NCBI RefSeq assembly: GCF_006345805.1
Contig: NC_043012.1
Span: forward strand, 51,522,001-51,586,000
Direction of reading: 5' to 3'
From: Octopus sinensis
Lineage: Eukaryota
DNA length: 64,000 nt
Shown here: positions 39,122-53,930 of the stretch, piece after piece
How positions within the stretch are numbered: the stretch's first letter is position 1
Layout of the letters: every line of letters begins with the position of its first letter
The notes under the pieces: generated by a model
The model's database searches: none
Told to the model about the DNA's origin: nothing
The model's input: only the letters and a program-made list of their open reading frames with translations
Program-made: the position numbers and the translations under genes

Positions 39122-40149
39122 TTGTGTCAGAGTGTATATGAGTGTATGTGATTATGTGTATATGTGTGTGTGTGCGTGTGTGGATATGCGTGCCGTATGT
39201 GATCGTATATGTATTTATGTATACAGGAGTCAATGCATGTAAATATACGATAAACTTCATATAACCATATATAAATTAATATTTATACCTTATACATTGA
39301 GAAGCATGTATGGATATACATATATACATGTTTGTGTTGTATATATATATATATATTATATATATATATATATATTATATATATATATATATATAATAGA
39401 TATATATGCAATGCACACATGTATATACGTATATCCATACATATATATATTTACACACACATATCAATGTGTACTTCCAACGATTGCATTACATACGCAC
39501 ACATACACAGACTCATACTCTCATATGTGTGTGCCTTGTTTTTAGGCATATATACGCGTGTGTGCACACATATATGTTTTTGTGTATATAGTATATGTTA
39601 GCATTGTGATTAATAATTATTTTAGGAAATTTTAAGGATAAAATTTTAAAATGCTTTCTGTTGTAACTACTTCGGCTTCTCAATCCACTGAGTACGTCTA
39701 TTAACTATGCTTATACGTATATATGCATATCTGTGTGTCTGTGTGTGTATGTCGGGGTGTATTATGTGTACTGTTATATACACTGCACAACTATTACTGT
39801 ATGAATTTTGAGCGCACGAAGATATTAATCATCCAATCAGCTTGCAGAATTGTGTTTAGTCTACCACTTTACTTAGTCATGTTACTAGTTATGATATACA
39901 GAATATGAATTATAAATTATTAGTTCTACATAGGTTTAACTATTACAGGTGTCTGGAACCCAGCATTGAAAGTTCTGTATGTCAGGCACTTTATTGTACT
40001 CTGTTAGAGATCTTATATCAGAAATCAGAGGCATGGTGCGGTGATTTATAAACGTTTGTATGCATTGTTATTTATACTGGTGCTGGGATTCTTGACCATG
40101 CCATTACCAAAATTTCATGTTCATGCTTTCATGTATTATTTTATTCTCT

Positions 40150-40347
40150 TGCTTCTTTCAGTCATTTCATGTGGCCAATGCTGGAGCTCTGCCTTTTATT
40201 CGAACAAATCACCCCCAGGACTTATCCTTTGTAAGCCTAGTACTCGTTCTATCTCTTCTTTAGAACCACTAAGTTACGGACATCTAAACACACCAGTATA
40301 TATGTCAAGCGGTCATTGAGGGTCAAACACAGACACACAAATACATA

Positions 40348-40401
<54 letters not shown>

Positions 40402-40500
40402 GCGGGCTTCATTCAGTTTCCGCCTACCAAATCCACTCACGAGACTATTGTTTAAGATTCCACATAGTAGGACTGAATCCGTAACCATGAGTTGCACAGA
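40150..40500 (-). mobile_element. Type A SINE, diverged
   Basis: CAGTCATTTCATGTGGCCAATGCTGGAGC...CCCCAGGACTTATCCTTTGTAAGCCTAGTAC...GGGCTTCATTCAGTTTCCGCCTACCAAATCCACTCAC. Confidence 0.8.
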
Positions 40501-41649
40501 GCATGTTTTTAATTATACTTGTTATATAAGAGTAACAAAAGAAATAGGAGAAAAAATCACTGTAAAGAGAAATGTGCCTATTTTATGATCAGTGTTTATA
40601 TGGCAGATCTCATTTAAAAATTATGACGGAAGAGTAGAATACAAGAACAGGTAATGTAGAGAGGACCTGGGTCAAAATATGATTGTGTTGGAAGAGAGGG
40701 AAACCGAAGAAAGTAAAGGTGAAACTGGGAATGTACATAAAAGAGTGACAACGATGAAATTTGAGACCAGCGCAGAAGAATTCACGCTGCCGGTGTCGTC
40801 TGCATATGTAAGTGTATGTGTTTCGGTGAGTGCGCGCACTTTTGAGTGTTTCCTTGCACGTATTAAAGATCAATGTGTGAAATTATTGTTTACGCAGATG
40901 ACAAATTGAACCTATCTTGGTATGCAACAGTCATTTTTGAAATATCTATCCAACTAAATGTCAAATACATATTCATATACATACGTATTGCGCATGCATA
41001 TATGCTCACACAAACACACACAAATACTAAGAAAAACAGACACAATGCATACACTCTTGTGGTTTGCTTGTGTGTATTTATGATGTAATGCTTCTGTGGC
41101 CGTATGCATCTATAGGACTAATGTGTAATAAACAAGTTATATTTCTGCATTTTATGTAATGTGGTGTATCATAAGGTGAAGGAATGATTTGCAACTTTGG
41201 CGGGATGCTCATGTTTCGTTCGTATGCGCATATATTCCAATGCAGCCACATGCGAAGTTGATGTACCCAGTTTATGATCATGTCTGAAGCTTTCGGCTAC
41301 ATAGGTTCAGTCTGAGTGCATGTAGAAATGTTTACGACAAGCATTTCTTCTCTGAGATTTGTTTGTAAGTGTTGTGTCCTATTTTGCGGACGAAACGAGG
41401 GCGCTAGTCATACCAGATGTTGAGGTGTTGTTCCGTCTAACGCATTAAGTAATATTCCTGTTCTCTGAAGTAAAGCGAAAATATATGCGGCTAAATTCAA
41501 GTGCCATTCGTCAGGAGATATGAAGATATTAAATCGACTATCTTGCGGGTGTTCGGAAAACATCATGGCTATTTCCAAAATTTAAGTTAATAGAACTGAC
41601 ATTTAAGACAGAAAACGGCACTTTTGTCAAATCACGTGAAATAGTCAGT

Positions 41650-42010
41650 GATAATAAAGTGATATTTTTTTCAGTCTAAGAAGGACAGTGTTCTTGATAG
41701 TAAGGTTATGGGTTACACCGTTCTTGATAGTAAGGAAAGGATTTGGGGTGACTGTTGAAAAGTAAAAATAATATTGAGTAAAAGGTGACACAAATGAGGC
41801 CATATTCCAATGAGGCGGAGGACGCACATACAACTTGTTGGAAGTGGGTTTGTCAAATTTAAGAAGCGTAAATTGAGAAAGTTTGACGTTGAAAAGTAAT
41901 GTACTTAAATGAGAGGAAAGAGCAAACGCCCAAGATAAAGGGGGTTACGAATTGTAAGTGCTGAGATGTGATTAAATTTATTGTCAGATAGCTGGAAATT
42001 CACTCATCGG
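41650..42010 (-). mobile_element. Degenerate CR1-like LINE RT C-terminal fragment
   Basis: Broken minus-strand frames give DNKFNHISA..., YVRP and SLEYG (cf. CR1 LDxKLxFxxHI / YVRPxLEY). Confidence 0.5.
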
Positions 42011-43589
42011 TCTTTCATAGACATTCTTCTGCGTTTGAATCGCCCGTGTCACTCAAAAAATTGTGTACGACTCATTGCCTCGTCGCCGTAAGCTTTTCGA
42101 ATAAAACTCAAAGTCTCTGTAACAGATTATTCAGGTTTAACGCAAAATTTAACGTTGGCTCTTTGGTCCTGTCCATGACAAAATCGCAGACTACAGCATA
42201 CATGTGATCACAAAAACACAAATTTAACAACTTGCGAAGTAAACACAGCGATGTCACTCGGCACACTGCCTCATGAAGGTTACTGCTAGATCCCACTGCG
42301 CATGCAACTTGTATGTATATATGTGTCTGTGCTGTATGTACATATATATATTTGTATGTATATATGTACGTATGCATGCATGCATTAATGTATGAAAGTA
42401 TATACGTAAGTATTTCTCTGAATGCAATAATGAACTGTAAAATATAAAGTAGAGTAACAAATTTTATGACAGGGAATATCCAAAAACGAAGGGTCCTATT
42501 TAGATAGATATTAATTTAAAAGAATTTGAAAACCATTTTTTTAAAATTTGGGACTTAAAACGTAAATTAATTGTAATGTTTTATGGTGTCTGTAGACTAC
42601 GTCATCTATTTCTCGTTCGATAGATTTTCTTATCCACATTTTTACTGTTGTTTGAAATAACTTCTATTGTAGAGGTTATACTTCTATTTTAGATAGAGTA
42701 TAAAGGATTCAGTCGCCCAAGGTACATGAAGGCCACACAATTTGTCAACCACACACAAATTTGACCGTATTATGGAATTGAATACGGAAAATGGCAGTAA
42801 ATACAACAATGATGCCCAATAATTTCCCCATATCTGCCGTCTACCGCCATTATTGATAAAGGAGTTATGCAACATTTTTCTAGAAACTATGATATCTATA
42901 GCTTGTCAGTTTATATTGCAATAATTGCACTAAACCAAATTCACTGTTTAAATAGATTAATATGAGGAAAGGCTATTCTGCTAATATAGAAATGATCTTA
43001 CACTGTAAAATAAGCATATATACTTATACTAATACACTCTACAACTTTAATGATTCAGTGCTACCTGCTACATTTTCATTTCATATCAATGTCAACAGTA
43101 CACAAATAAAGATGCCCATACAATTCATTTAATATATCGAATCCAGTTTATAGCCGCATCTACAAATATTTATTTTACAAGAAATGAACATTAACTTTAA
43201 GCTAACATGTACAGATTACATAATTTTGTTTAAACAAATAATAGAATTATATCATTGCCTATAAAAATACAGTTCAAAACAGCAGCAATATATTTTAAAC
43301 GATTTATTGACTTACTCATAAAACAAATATACAGTTACCAGAAAATTAAATGCTATTCCTCGCTAGGAAATAAAATGATGTTATTTTGGGAGACGGCATT
43401 CGTCGATATACAGATCGTATTAAATTCCAATTAGATATCAAACTTTTGCTATCATTTATAGTAAAATAAACCTCGCAATAACCAAATTGGCGTCGCTAAA
43501 TTTGGCATTTATTTTCTATTGAACGTTGAAGGGGAAACGGTAATTCTGGCATTATACTTTATGAATCAAAATAAATTATCAACCACTTA

Positions 43590-43645
<56 letters not shown>

Positions 43646-43729
43646 AAGTGGGGTATAGATAGATATGGATATATAAATGCACATACGTATACATATATAT
43701 AAATATTATATTATCTAAGTGTATATAGG

Positions 43730-43760
<31 letters not shown>

Positions 43761-44470
43761 TATATATATATACATGTATGTATATATAAATAGATGTATG
43801 TGTGTGTGTGTATGTATGTATGTGTGTCTATTTACATTCATTTGAATACAGCTGCATGTGCTCACACAAAATAACATACAACATATACATGTATATTTAT
43901 ATGTAACCATGATGCAGTATGTATACATATGTATAATATATTGCTTATCTATCTGCGAGTATATAACTGATATATATATATACATATATACAAGTGAATA
44001 TGGTTATGTATATGCTCAGATGGTCGCAGCGTGATATATTTTAAACTATAGTGAAGTATATATATGTACATGTTTTGTAAAATAATAGATTTTGAATCTC
44101 AATACTAATGTATATACTTCCAGAAAAAGTCTTTGAGAAGTAATGACTGTTGTTTTACATTTATTAGAGGAATAGGTGCATTCCGTGTGAGAGACATTAC
44201 CAGTTTTATCTAAAATAAAAGACTTTCTGTAAACATGCATTTTAGTTGCGTGAATTCGTATTAGTAACAAAGAAATAAATTGAAGTATTTCAATTTGATA
44301 TGAGTTATTAATATAGGAAGATGTTATATTTTGCTAATAAATTATATAAAGTAGAAAATATTACCACACACAGACACACACATGGACACACACACATATA
44401 TATGTGTGTATATATATATATATACACAACTACTGGTGTGATTGTATTTTTGTCTGTCGTATGTGAAAAC

Positions 44471-44519
<49 letters not shown>

Positions 44520-44546
44520 GCATGTGTGTGTGTAAGTATTTATGTG

Positions 44547-44596
<50 letters not shown>

Positions 44597-44737
44597 ATAT
44601 GTATGTATGTATGTACGTATATATTTATGAATATGTATGTATTATTTATGTACACACACATATATACTTTTACATGTAAGTATTATTATCTGCTTGTATA
44701 TTAATTGGCAGACAGATAGGTAGACACACAGACAGAC

Positions 44738-44816
<79 letters not shown>

Positions 44817-44819
44817 AAA

Positions 44820-44853
<34 letters not shown>

Positions 44854-45559
44854 GATATGTGTGTGTGTGTGATCGTATGAATAATTTAAGAGACAAAAAT
44901 CGAATAATCATTCTTTAAGTACAGTGGAATAAATACGTATATTACTACAGATTATTATGCAATCTAATTTTCCAGTATAGATTAGTTTCTGTGAGTGTTT
45001 TCGTATTGAACACATTGATACTAAATTTATGAACTCTTAGCATAATGTAACAAAACAATGTACCGTTAAACAAGAGAATGAAACATCATCCTAACGAAGT
45101 GATAAATGAGAGACAACCAACTGGAATTTGATATCTTCACCACATGGTGTACGTATTGGACTTTACGTTGCATGTAACGTAATATGTTTTTCCTTCATAA
45201 TATGTTTTTCCTACAGGATAACGTATTAAAAAACTGCCCACCTATAGCTCATGCCTAGTACGTCCTCATACACCAAAAGTTCGGCGGAAGCCCTATTGTT
45301 GTACGCGCCAACCGCAATTTTTTTACCGTTCCTATCATGCAAATCTCCAGGCAAAATAGATGGCCTATAGACACGTAGGGTTGATGAAGTATTGATCAGT
45401 AATTTTTAGCCATCTAATATGAGAGCGCACTGCGTTAATGAAACTTTCTTTCACCCTCTACTTACGACTGTCCCAGAATTTTATGTATTATTTAAGAGGT
45501 TTCTTAAATAATTTGCAATATATGGCTGAGCTGTCGCTGCAAAATATATGCATACATTC

Positions 45560-46440
45560 ATCTAAAAGATCGCAAATGGATAATCTTTGGAATGTCTTAC
45601 AAATATTCTCTGTGGTGCTAATACTATGGTTGACTACTATCCAGTTTCTTTTACCCTTTATTCGAAAGCTTAATATTTCTAGGTTTTTGTGTAAATTTGT
45701 ATGTACATACTCTATTGCATTCTTGATGAGAGGTAGAAACTGGAATAAATAGTCAGGGTACAAGTGCTGAAAAGTTTCGCATTAATCCTGCATATATTTT
45801 TTCTTTACCGGGATTTTGCTGTTACGTTCACATCCTCTAGGCAGCTGATCGTTTCACAACGCTTCACTTTTATTCGCTGGTCTATAGAGCCTCCGTTTTA
45901 TTTGCTGTTCTACAGAATAATATCATGTCAGTTATGTTTGCATCAAATTACTGTATCTATTGATGTCTTCCTCCAGTATAACTTGTTTTTGAAGGCGTGA
46001 ATATATGCTGGTTCTCACAGGTTTTTGATATATAGTGAAGGCAGTCCTTCTTGCGGGACATTGTAAATTGCCTATGCAGCTATATCATGCCTCAGGGCAG
46101 GTAATATCTGGTAGACATTTTGAGGCAGCTGCTGATGATGTGGGTAATAACTTCCACACTGCTACAGTCGAGTCGACATTTTCTATCACAATATAGAGGT
46201 CTGGTGGTATCTTTGTCTCACTCTCTCTCTCTCTCTTTCTCACACTTGTTAATCAGTTATTTAGTATCTATCACCTGTCCGTGGGATGTAATATATCGAT
46301 CACAGGTACAGGAAAGGCGATTCTTCCTGTCTATGCTGATGTTATCCTCTAGCTTATGCGTTACGTACCGCTGCATTGCTTTTTACTGGTATGCTGCTTG
46401 CATTTCCTCCAAGCTTCTGTTTATGTAGATCAATCTGGCT
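45560..46440 (-). mobile_element. R4-like RLE non-LTR retrotransposon 3' fragment
   Basis: KAMQRYVTHKLEDN..DRYITSH..DRKCRLDCSSVEVITHIISSCLKMSTRYYLP/RHDIA, CKHN*HDIIL, ..LYPDYLFQFLPLI..SISTTENICKTF; RLE architecture (CCHC, RHD, nuclease). Confidence 0.75.
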
Positions 46441-46449
46441 TGCTTTGTT

Positions 46450-47800
46450 TTTCGACTCTAAAGATAACCGGAGCTGTTTATATATATTCAAATGATGTTC
46501 TGAGGACATAATCCAGAGTTATCACTAAAAGGAAATGTGCCAGTGTGTCTCCCTGGAGTACTACGGCTTAGGTATAAAAGATAATTTGGTATCAAAGAGT
46601 ACCTCTGCCTTTAGCATTTTCACCATTTCACCTCGGGGAATGTAGCCCACAGCCTTTAAGAAATCAACAAACAGTAATACTGCTTCATAATTTCTGGCTT
46701 TTACTCCTTACAGTAGACGGCTAGATATAAGTATTTGCCTGACAGGTGATCTATTTTTGTTAAAGCAATTTCGATTTTTCTTAAATGTTACTTAATATGA
46801 GGTTGTATGTCATTAAGTCGGAGTGAATTTTAAATTTTGTAGAGATGATGGTAAACGTCATGTCTCTGTACATATTTGTGATACCCAACCCGAAATTCTT
46901 TGTAAATGTGACTATGCAGCTTTCTGGCTATTTGTCAATGTTGAATATTTAATTCTCTTGTTTTCCAGTATTCAGTGGGAATGTTATTTAATCCAGCAGC
47001 CTTTCAATTTCTGGTGGTTTAAGGAATTCCTTCAATTCGTCATGGGTGAAATTGCTAGTTATGATGATATCAAGGATGTAACCAAACTTGAAACTATATG
47101 TGTATCAGTCACTGAATGTATATTGCCAGGAAATGATCCTCAGCAAATTTCTAAGCGTTCATGTGGATTTTTAGCATTAATTTTTGGATTGATGATTTTT
47201 TTGTTTGCTTAATTCATTTTCTGTCTACAGATTAGCGACGTCTGCTTGCTTCCAGCTGCGTACTTAATTTGACTAATTGTACTTTGGATGTAGCTTAGTT
47301 GTTGAAATTAATCTAGGCCTACTATTTCTTTCTGTAGCTTTTTGAAATCGCCTCATTTGAGGAGCTTGGATGTCTAACTTTGACTTGAGCTGATTTTTTA
47401 GGTGTTTTCTCTTGTTTAGCATCTCTTGGTCGTCTCAGCGTTGATGTTTATTAGTTAACGGTTGAATGGGTTTGATCTCTTTTGCAGCTTCTATGTGGTG
47501 ATTTACAATAGTATTGTATACTGATTGAGTAGCTTTCTTTCATTTTCATTTGCTAGTGGCTCAAATCTATTTTTGACTGTTTTGGTGGACTGGTTGCGGG
47601 TTTTTCTGCAGTTGTCTAAAACTGGCCAGTCTTATGCGGTCCTAGATGCCGATGTGCTTTTGCTAGCTCTACATCTAAGGTGAAAGTTTGGTGTGATAAT
47701 TTGGTGGTCACTGCGCAATCCTCCAAAAGAATTGTAAGAGAGTGTTCTTCCAAATTAGCTTTTCTCTCCGCCTAATTCGTAATCTACAATTAGCTGAACA
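46450..47800 (-). mobile_element. RTE-clade LINE, inverted 5' segment (end of APE to RT QGD motif)
   Basis: Read from 47800 leftwards: LRSDHQII (APE end), KNRFEPL, AGLNNIPTEYWKT, VLLFVDFLKA, VLQGDTLAHFLLVITLDYVLRTS. Confidence 0.85.
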
Positions 47801-47819
47801 TGATGTTGAACTTCTTGTT

Positions 47820-48470
47820 AATTCTAGTAAAATCCAAGTTCATTATCCCAATGAACAAGGATCAATCACTAACAACAGCGGATATACCATCAAATAAGTT
47901 GATGATTTCACACACCGCAGTTTAGAGATAACCTCAACGAAAAGGATGTAAAATCTTGGACAGCCGAACATGGTCGGCCCTAAACAAAGTGGATGATGTC
48001 TGGAAATCAACCCTTTTAGACAATCTTAAGAGCAATTTTATTCGTGCATTCGTGCAACGGTTTTCTGGCCTTTTATATGATACAACTTGTTTCATATAAC
48101 GAAATCTGGAATCCAAGCTAGACGGAACTTACGCCCGAATGTTAAGAGTAGTCTTAAACTTTAATTGGACACCTAATCGGAGATCTGCCAGCTTTCACCA
48201 TTACAAAGGTTTGCGCTTCGCGGGGCAGTAAACCAAAGCTAAACAAAAGCGAGCTAAACAAAAGCTGTCAAGTGACCTACTGCTATAGATGCCAAAGCAT
48301 AGCCGTACTTGAGCTAATCGTCCAAACATAACGTATTTGCGTCGACTCAGAAGAGGCAAAGGATACTTCACCAAACGCATCTCAACTAAATCAGGACCAA
48401 GATGGATAGGGTGCGTAGATTTAAAATATCTCAGGAAGACCGACCAGATGATGTTAATGATTAGAGTGAC
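47820..48470 (+). mobile_element. RTE-clade LINE 3' segment
   Basis: NEQGSITNNSGYTIK*VDDF, WSALNKVDDVWKS, LESKLDGTYARMLRVVLNFNW, LRFAG, LSSDLLL; ends near a GATGATG-like tail. Confidence 0.85.
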
Positions 48471-49701
48471 AAAATTAAATGGTTCCACCCCGAGTAATTA
48501 TTAACCCTTAAAAAAGCTTACGTCATAGTACCAATGTGGTACTCCCTCTTTCCAAACAGGGTCACTAATACAAGGCAATCTTTGAACGAACAGAATAGAA
48601 GACACTAATATTCGCCAACATTTGCTTCACAATTCTGCTGAGTTATGCTACTTTCAGTGTCTATCCTTTTCACTGTACCTCTTGCAATTCACTCGTCTGG
48701 TGCAATTTACTCATCTCTGACATTTGCAACTGATTTGTTTTTTGTCATTACATAGTTGTATTATTGGTTGTTCTTTCAGTCTTTACACTAATTATAAACA
48801 CCAACATTTCCTCCAAAACACATTAACATTCTCTACGACGTTTTAGTTATTGCTGTATATGCAAAAGTTTTTTTTGTCATATCTGCACAAATTATGGACA
48901 AGGCCTCTTCCTCCACATGAAAACATCCAGGCAAAGACATGTCTTTGCTGTGACAGAAATACATGCTATTTATCACATTAACCATTATTGTTACGTTTGT
49001 AGAGAATATAAGCTTAGAAGGGTATTTATGCTACTATTTCCAATACATTGCATAACCACATAAACGTATTCTAGTTGGCTTTGTCGAAAGAATGCATGGT
49101 GTATACATATATATACATTGACCTGGCATTTTGTGCTTCAGATTCCCTAGCGTTGTTCATAAAAGGATAAGAAAAGTTGATATATCAAACACAATCCATT
49201 TCAAATGCTAACTGGAATTAAATCATTTCGAAAGTGATACACAATTAAATGTATTAGTAATGTATTAGTATTATCCAATAAAACTAGTTTTGGAGTGCGT
49301 TAGGAAAATTGTCAGGACAAAACTTTAGAAAGTAGAGTAAATTTGTTTGCCGTTATCACAGTAAACAAATGCATAATTGCATTGATAAGAAAAATTAGAA
49401 AGGCTAAATACTTCTGTTTACAAAATATGAATTCGGCAGATATTTATCATTTGTGATATTTGTAACATTTGTCCCAAGATATAAAATGTCTGCTCCATAC
49501 TAACCTTTTGCGTAAGTCTTTATGATAATATACTGTGAATGCCAAGGCAACAAATTATGTTTGCTGTTATATTATGTGGGGAATGCAATTGATTACACCG
49601 TGTTATTATTCTTTCATTGCAGAAAATAGGTAGGGACAATATACTTGAAAATGCCTGTGTATGACTGTATATGTATGAATGTATGTATGTATGTATGTAT
49701 G

Positions 49702-49751
<50 letters not shown>

Positions 49752-50509
49752 CATTGTTTTCAATTTATAAATTTATAGGGAAAATCTGGGGGAATAATTA
49801 CAACATAGCTAAATATGTCTTAAGTGTCCCACGATTTAATTCCGGCATAGTAAGCCGTATTTGATAGAAAATAAAAATTGAATAAGAAGACGAACACTCG
49901 GGATGTTGCTAAGTCATTTATATATTGAATTGTTCTACATATGCTTCGACGGATGCACTCCAAGAATGTACGACAGGATAAATTATGGTCAGCAATGCAT
50001 CAATCAAGTTAATGTATCTTACAATTCCCGCTAATAAGAACAAAGCTTACGGACTCTCTTTGATGTGTTTCTCCAGTCAATATTCAACACACTATTACGC
50101 CAATCTTTATCTACTTCGAGTTCCACCCATCATCAAACATAACTAATATATACATAGATACATTTCCATTTCTTTTCTATTCTACTATGTTTTTGCATGT
50201 TTTAATACCGCTGTTTGAAACAATCGTATGCAAAATTAAACATTTTTCCAATTTTAAAATCTCTTTTAACAAATTTATTGAGTTCTATGGGATACCTTTC
50301 TATGAATTCACATAACACACCGTACAAAAGTATTAAAAGACGTAATATAATTCAACCTTTTCACACACACACACATGCAAACATATATATACTTGGCCTT
50401 ATCAGTATGTAACTGCACTGTTGCCAAAATAGCGAAGCTGAAGTACGCAGTGTAAAACCACTTGTCACAGATTTATCTTGAACTCTAATGTGCATGCGCA
50501 ATAAGTATT

Positions 50510-51190
50510 AACGTTCTAGCACTCTTCCGCTGCTTACAGCAGTGCTTGGAAGGAAGTTTGTAGCGTGCGATTGTCGCATTCACAGAAGAAGCTGAGAAGG
50601 GAATTTGCATTAAATTTTGCCAGAAGCTTAGCGATGCCTGCTGCGATGCCTACGCGAAATTTACAAAAAGTTTTCATCGTTCTTAATACAATCAAAGAGA
50701 TCTTAAGCAACTGAAACCCGAGTGTCGTCTTGGTGAACTTAAAGTAGTTGTGGCTCAAACTTGGCAGACCCGAGCCTCATACGCAAATTCTACAGTAACA
50801 ATGGACTGAACAATAACTAATCTGCACATCCACTGAAAACTCATGGATGCTGATTTATCGATGTTCCCTCACAGTTGGATGCTCATCAGTTCTCTTGGTT
50901 GCGTGTCTCTCAGTACCTTCATGAACATTGACATTTTTTGGCCATATTAGAAGTAGCTGAACCGCTCATACACTTGTGAGCGGCTCATGCATTCTTTTCT
51001 GCAACTTTATGTACGCTATTGAGCAGGTAAAACCATGACAACATCCTCTGTCATGGTCAATCCCATGATCACACGTTAATCACCTTTTTTCGCAGTGATG
51101 TGAACAGTGGAATGGGGATAGAACGTTAAACCTTAGCACGCATGCTCAGCAAACTTCCAGGTCAATCATTGTCAAGCGGCTTTACCCTGA
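50510..51190. mobile_element. Two degenerate mariner 5' fragments facing each other
   Basis: Plus 50570-50680: ICIKFCQKLSD..AYAK..; minus ~51050-50690: TCSIAYIKLQK/ECMSRSQVYERF..VQSIVT..SAKF..RVSVA*DLFDC (mariner N-terminal HTH region). Confidence 0.7.
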
Positions 51191-51419
51191 GTGCTTTAGC
51201 TTCATTACTATGGCATCAGTCCATATACTTATTGATCATACCTCGTATATGTATTTATATATATATATATATATATATATCGGTAAAAACGGTAAGATAA
51301 CAAAAGAAAGAAAGAGACCTCGGCCAGATAACCGAAGAGATGGTGTTGTGGATTTCCACCTCGGCATCCGAAACTCAGAGTTTTATATTGGGTATTGAAT
51401 AATTGTCCCACATTATTTT

Positions 51420-51478
<59 letters not shown>

Positions 51479-52367
51479 TATATTAAATTTTATCCCGGTA
51501 TACATACCACTATTGTGTTCCATTAAGTATTGTTATTATTACCATTTAATGATTGGCGATTAAATCTAATTAATTTAATTTAAGAAGTGGTTAAAGTTCA
51601 AGCTGTAATGTTATTCGTCTCCACGGTTTCTCTAACACGCTTCCGTGTGCGTGCATTTAAAGTGAAAGCTGAGTCACTAATTAGTAACTTGTCTTCTGGA
51701 AGTGTTTTATTCCGTCTCAGTTATAGTTCAAATTTTCTCAGAGATATTAAAGTAAAACCTCTACATCAGCACCGAATTGTAGAGCTGCATTAAAAACAGG
51801 TATTTCTCGCAACAAATGAATTCTACTGTAATGAATACTTTTCAGGAAACAAAATGTAATATCGATCTTTTATGTCTGGGTGGATTATAATGGTCAGAGA
51901 TGCTCTACTTTCCTCTCCTATAAAATCAATAGAGCATAATATTACTGCATTCAAAATTGAAAAATATTTTGTATGTCCAATTTATAAAGGGTCGATATGG
52001 CTTGTGGTAGAGCACTCATTCACTTGGTTTTCAAACAATATACTAGAATACCATACAAGCTGTTCTATATTTGGATTGTTGTTGTTGCTGTTGTTATCAT
52101 CATCATCATCATCAATATCATCATTGTTGTTATAATTATTTTATAATGTTTAAGGGTTGATAACATAAGTTCCAGGTTAACACTGGGATCATCAACATCG
52201 AATTAACCCCATCCTCGAAATTGCTGGTTTGTGTCAAAATTTGGAATCGTCGGCATCATCAGCGTCAAAATAATAATAATCATCATCATCATCATCATCA
52301 TCACCACCACCGTCGTGGTCGTCATCATAATCCTCATTTTCGTTGTTATTGCAGTTATTTCTTTTTT

Positions 52368-52570
52368 AAGGTGGCGAGCTGGCAGAAACGTTAGCTCGCT
52401 GGACAAACTGCTTTGTGGGAATTCGTCCGTGTTCACGATCTAATTTGTAACTCTACGGAGATTGTCTTTCCTCTTTTATCCCTGAGAAATTCACATAAGT
52501 ACCATTCAAATACTGGGATGCATATAATCAACTAGCTCTATCCCACAAAATTTCATGCCTTGTGCCTATA
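52368..52570 (+). mobile_element. Type C SINE, diverged, with a different tail (…CCTTGTGCCTATAGAAGAAA)
   Basis: AAGGTGGCGAGCTGGCAGAAACGTTAGC head; tail CCCACAAAATTTCATGCCTTGTGCCTATAGAAGAAA is unlike the Tx1-type tail. Confidence 0.75.
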
Positions 52571-53886
52571 GAAGAAAAAATGAATTCTGTAATTTTTGTT
52601 GTTGCTGTTCTTCTTCTTCTCCTTCCTCCTCCTCTTCTTCTTCTTGTCGTTGTCGGTGTTTTCGTTGTATTGTTGCTGCTGCTATTAGGACGATTGCTGA
52701 AATTATGTTATAATTCTTAAAAATTGCCATTTAATTTACTTTAATCTAATCCACGCGTGCCTTGAAAGAGTACATTACGTTATATTAGGTAAAATATAGT
52801 CTTTTTTAAATATATTACTATCACGCGTTTCCAGTGCCTCTGTACTATTGATTGATAATACTTAAGTCTTGGGGATTATTTAACACAATATTTATTTTAA
52901 AACTAACTTTACCTATTATCTTTGTATTTTGAAAAATTTAAAGCAGTTCATTGATTCTAAATCTTCATGTGTATACTAGATATTCCAAACGTGTATGTCG
53001 TACACAAATAGCAATTGATATATACGAATATGTTTATAACAGAATGAAATTAAGTTAAACGATGTAACCGAATTTTGTCGTTGGATGAAAATATTCCATT
53101 GAGATTGAGGGACGAATGTGAATAGAAAAATGCATAATTTAGCAATACTACATTGGAAAATGACCAGAAGGCACAACAGTCACGGAGGCATTCATTCTCT
53201 GGTATATTGTGTTCTTACCTGATGTACTTTGCTAAAAGCATCACAAATAGAAAGTGCCATTTGCCTCAGGTTTTGAAGACATTTCACTGAACTAATTTCG
53301 TTTCTTTTTTCTTCAATCTTTTCCTCTTCTTATTCTTATCTCTTGCTATTTCTTACATATGGAAACTAATAGCTATAATGCTATGTCTTTGTTCCTTTTG
53401 TCAATATACTGGCGAAGAATGTAAAATAGTTTTCTGTCTCCGTGTTTTATTTTAGCCTAAGGCTCAAATAATTTGAGACTGTCGTAGACAAAAGTATTTA
53501 ACAGTTAAATGATATGTAATAGATATAATATCCTATATAAGAGGAACAAATTAATTGATGGATTTCAGTATTTCTTGCGGTGATATAAGTGGTTATCATG
53601 CAACCATACTATCATGGAAGTGTGATTGTTTCGTAATTGATTATTTACATTCACACATGCAGACATACACACAAACATATATAATACATATAAATATGTA
53701 TCTATACACGCATCGATACATACATACACTCACACACAAGTACACACATGCAAACATACATATATTGAGAGTGACATAGAAACAGACATATATATATAGT
53801 GTGAGAGAGATATTTATATGTATATATGTATGTATATATCTATATATATGTATATATATATCTATATATAAATATATATATATATG

Positions 53887-53930
<44 letters not shown>

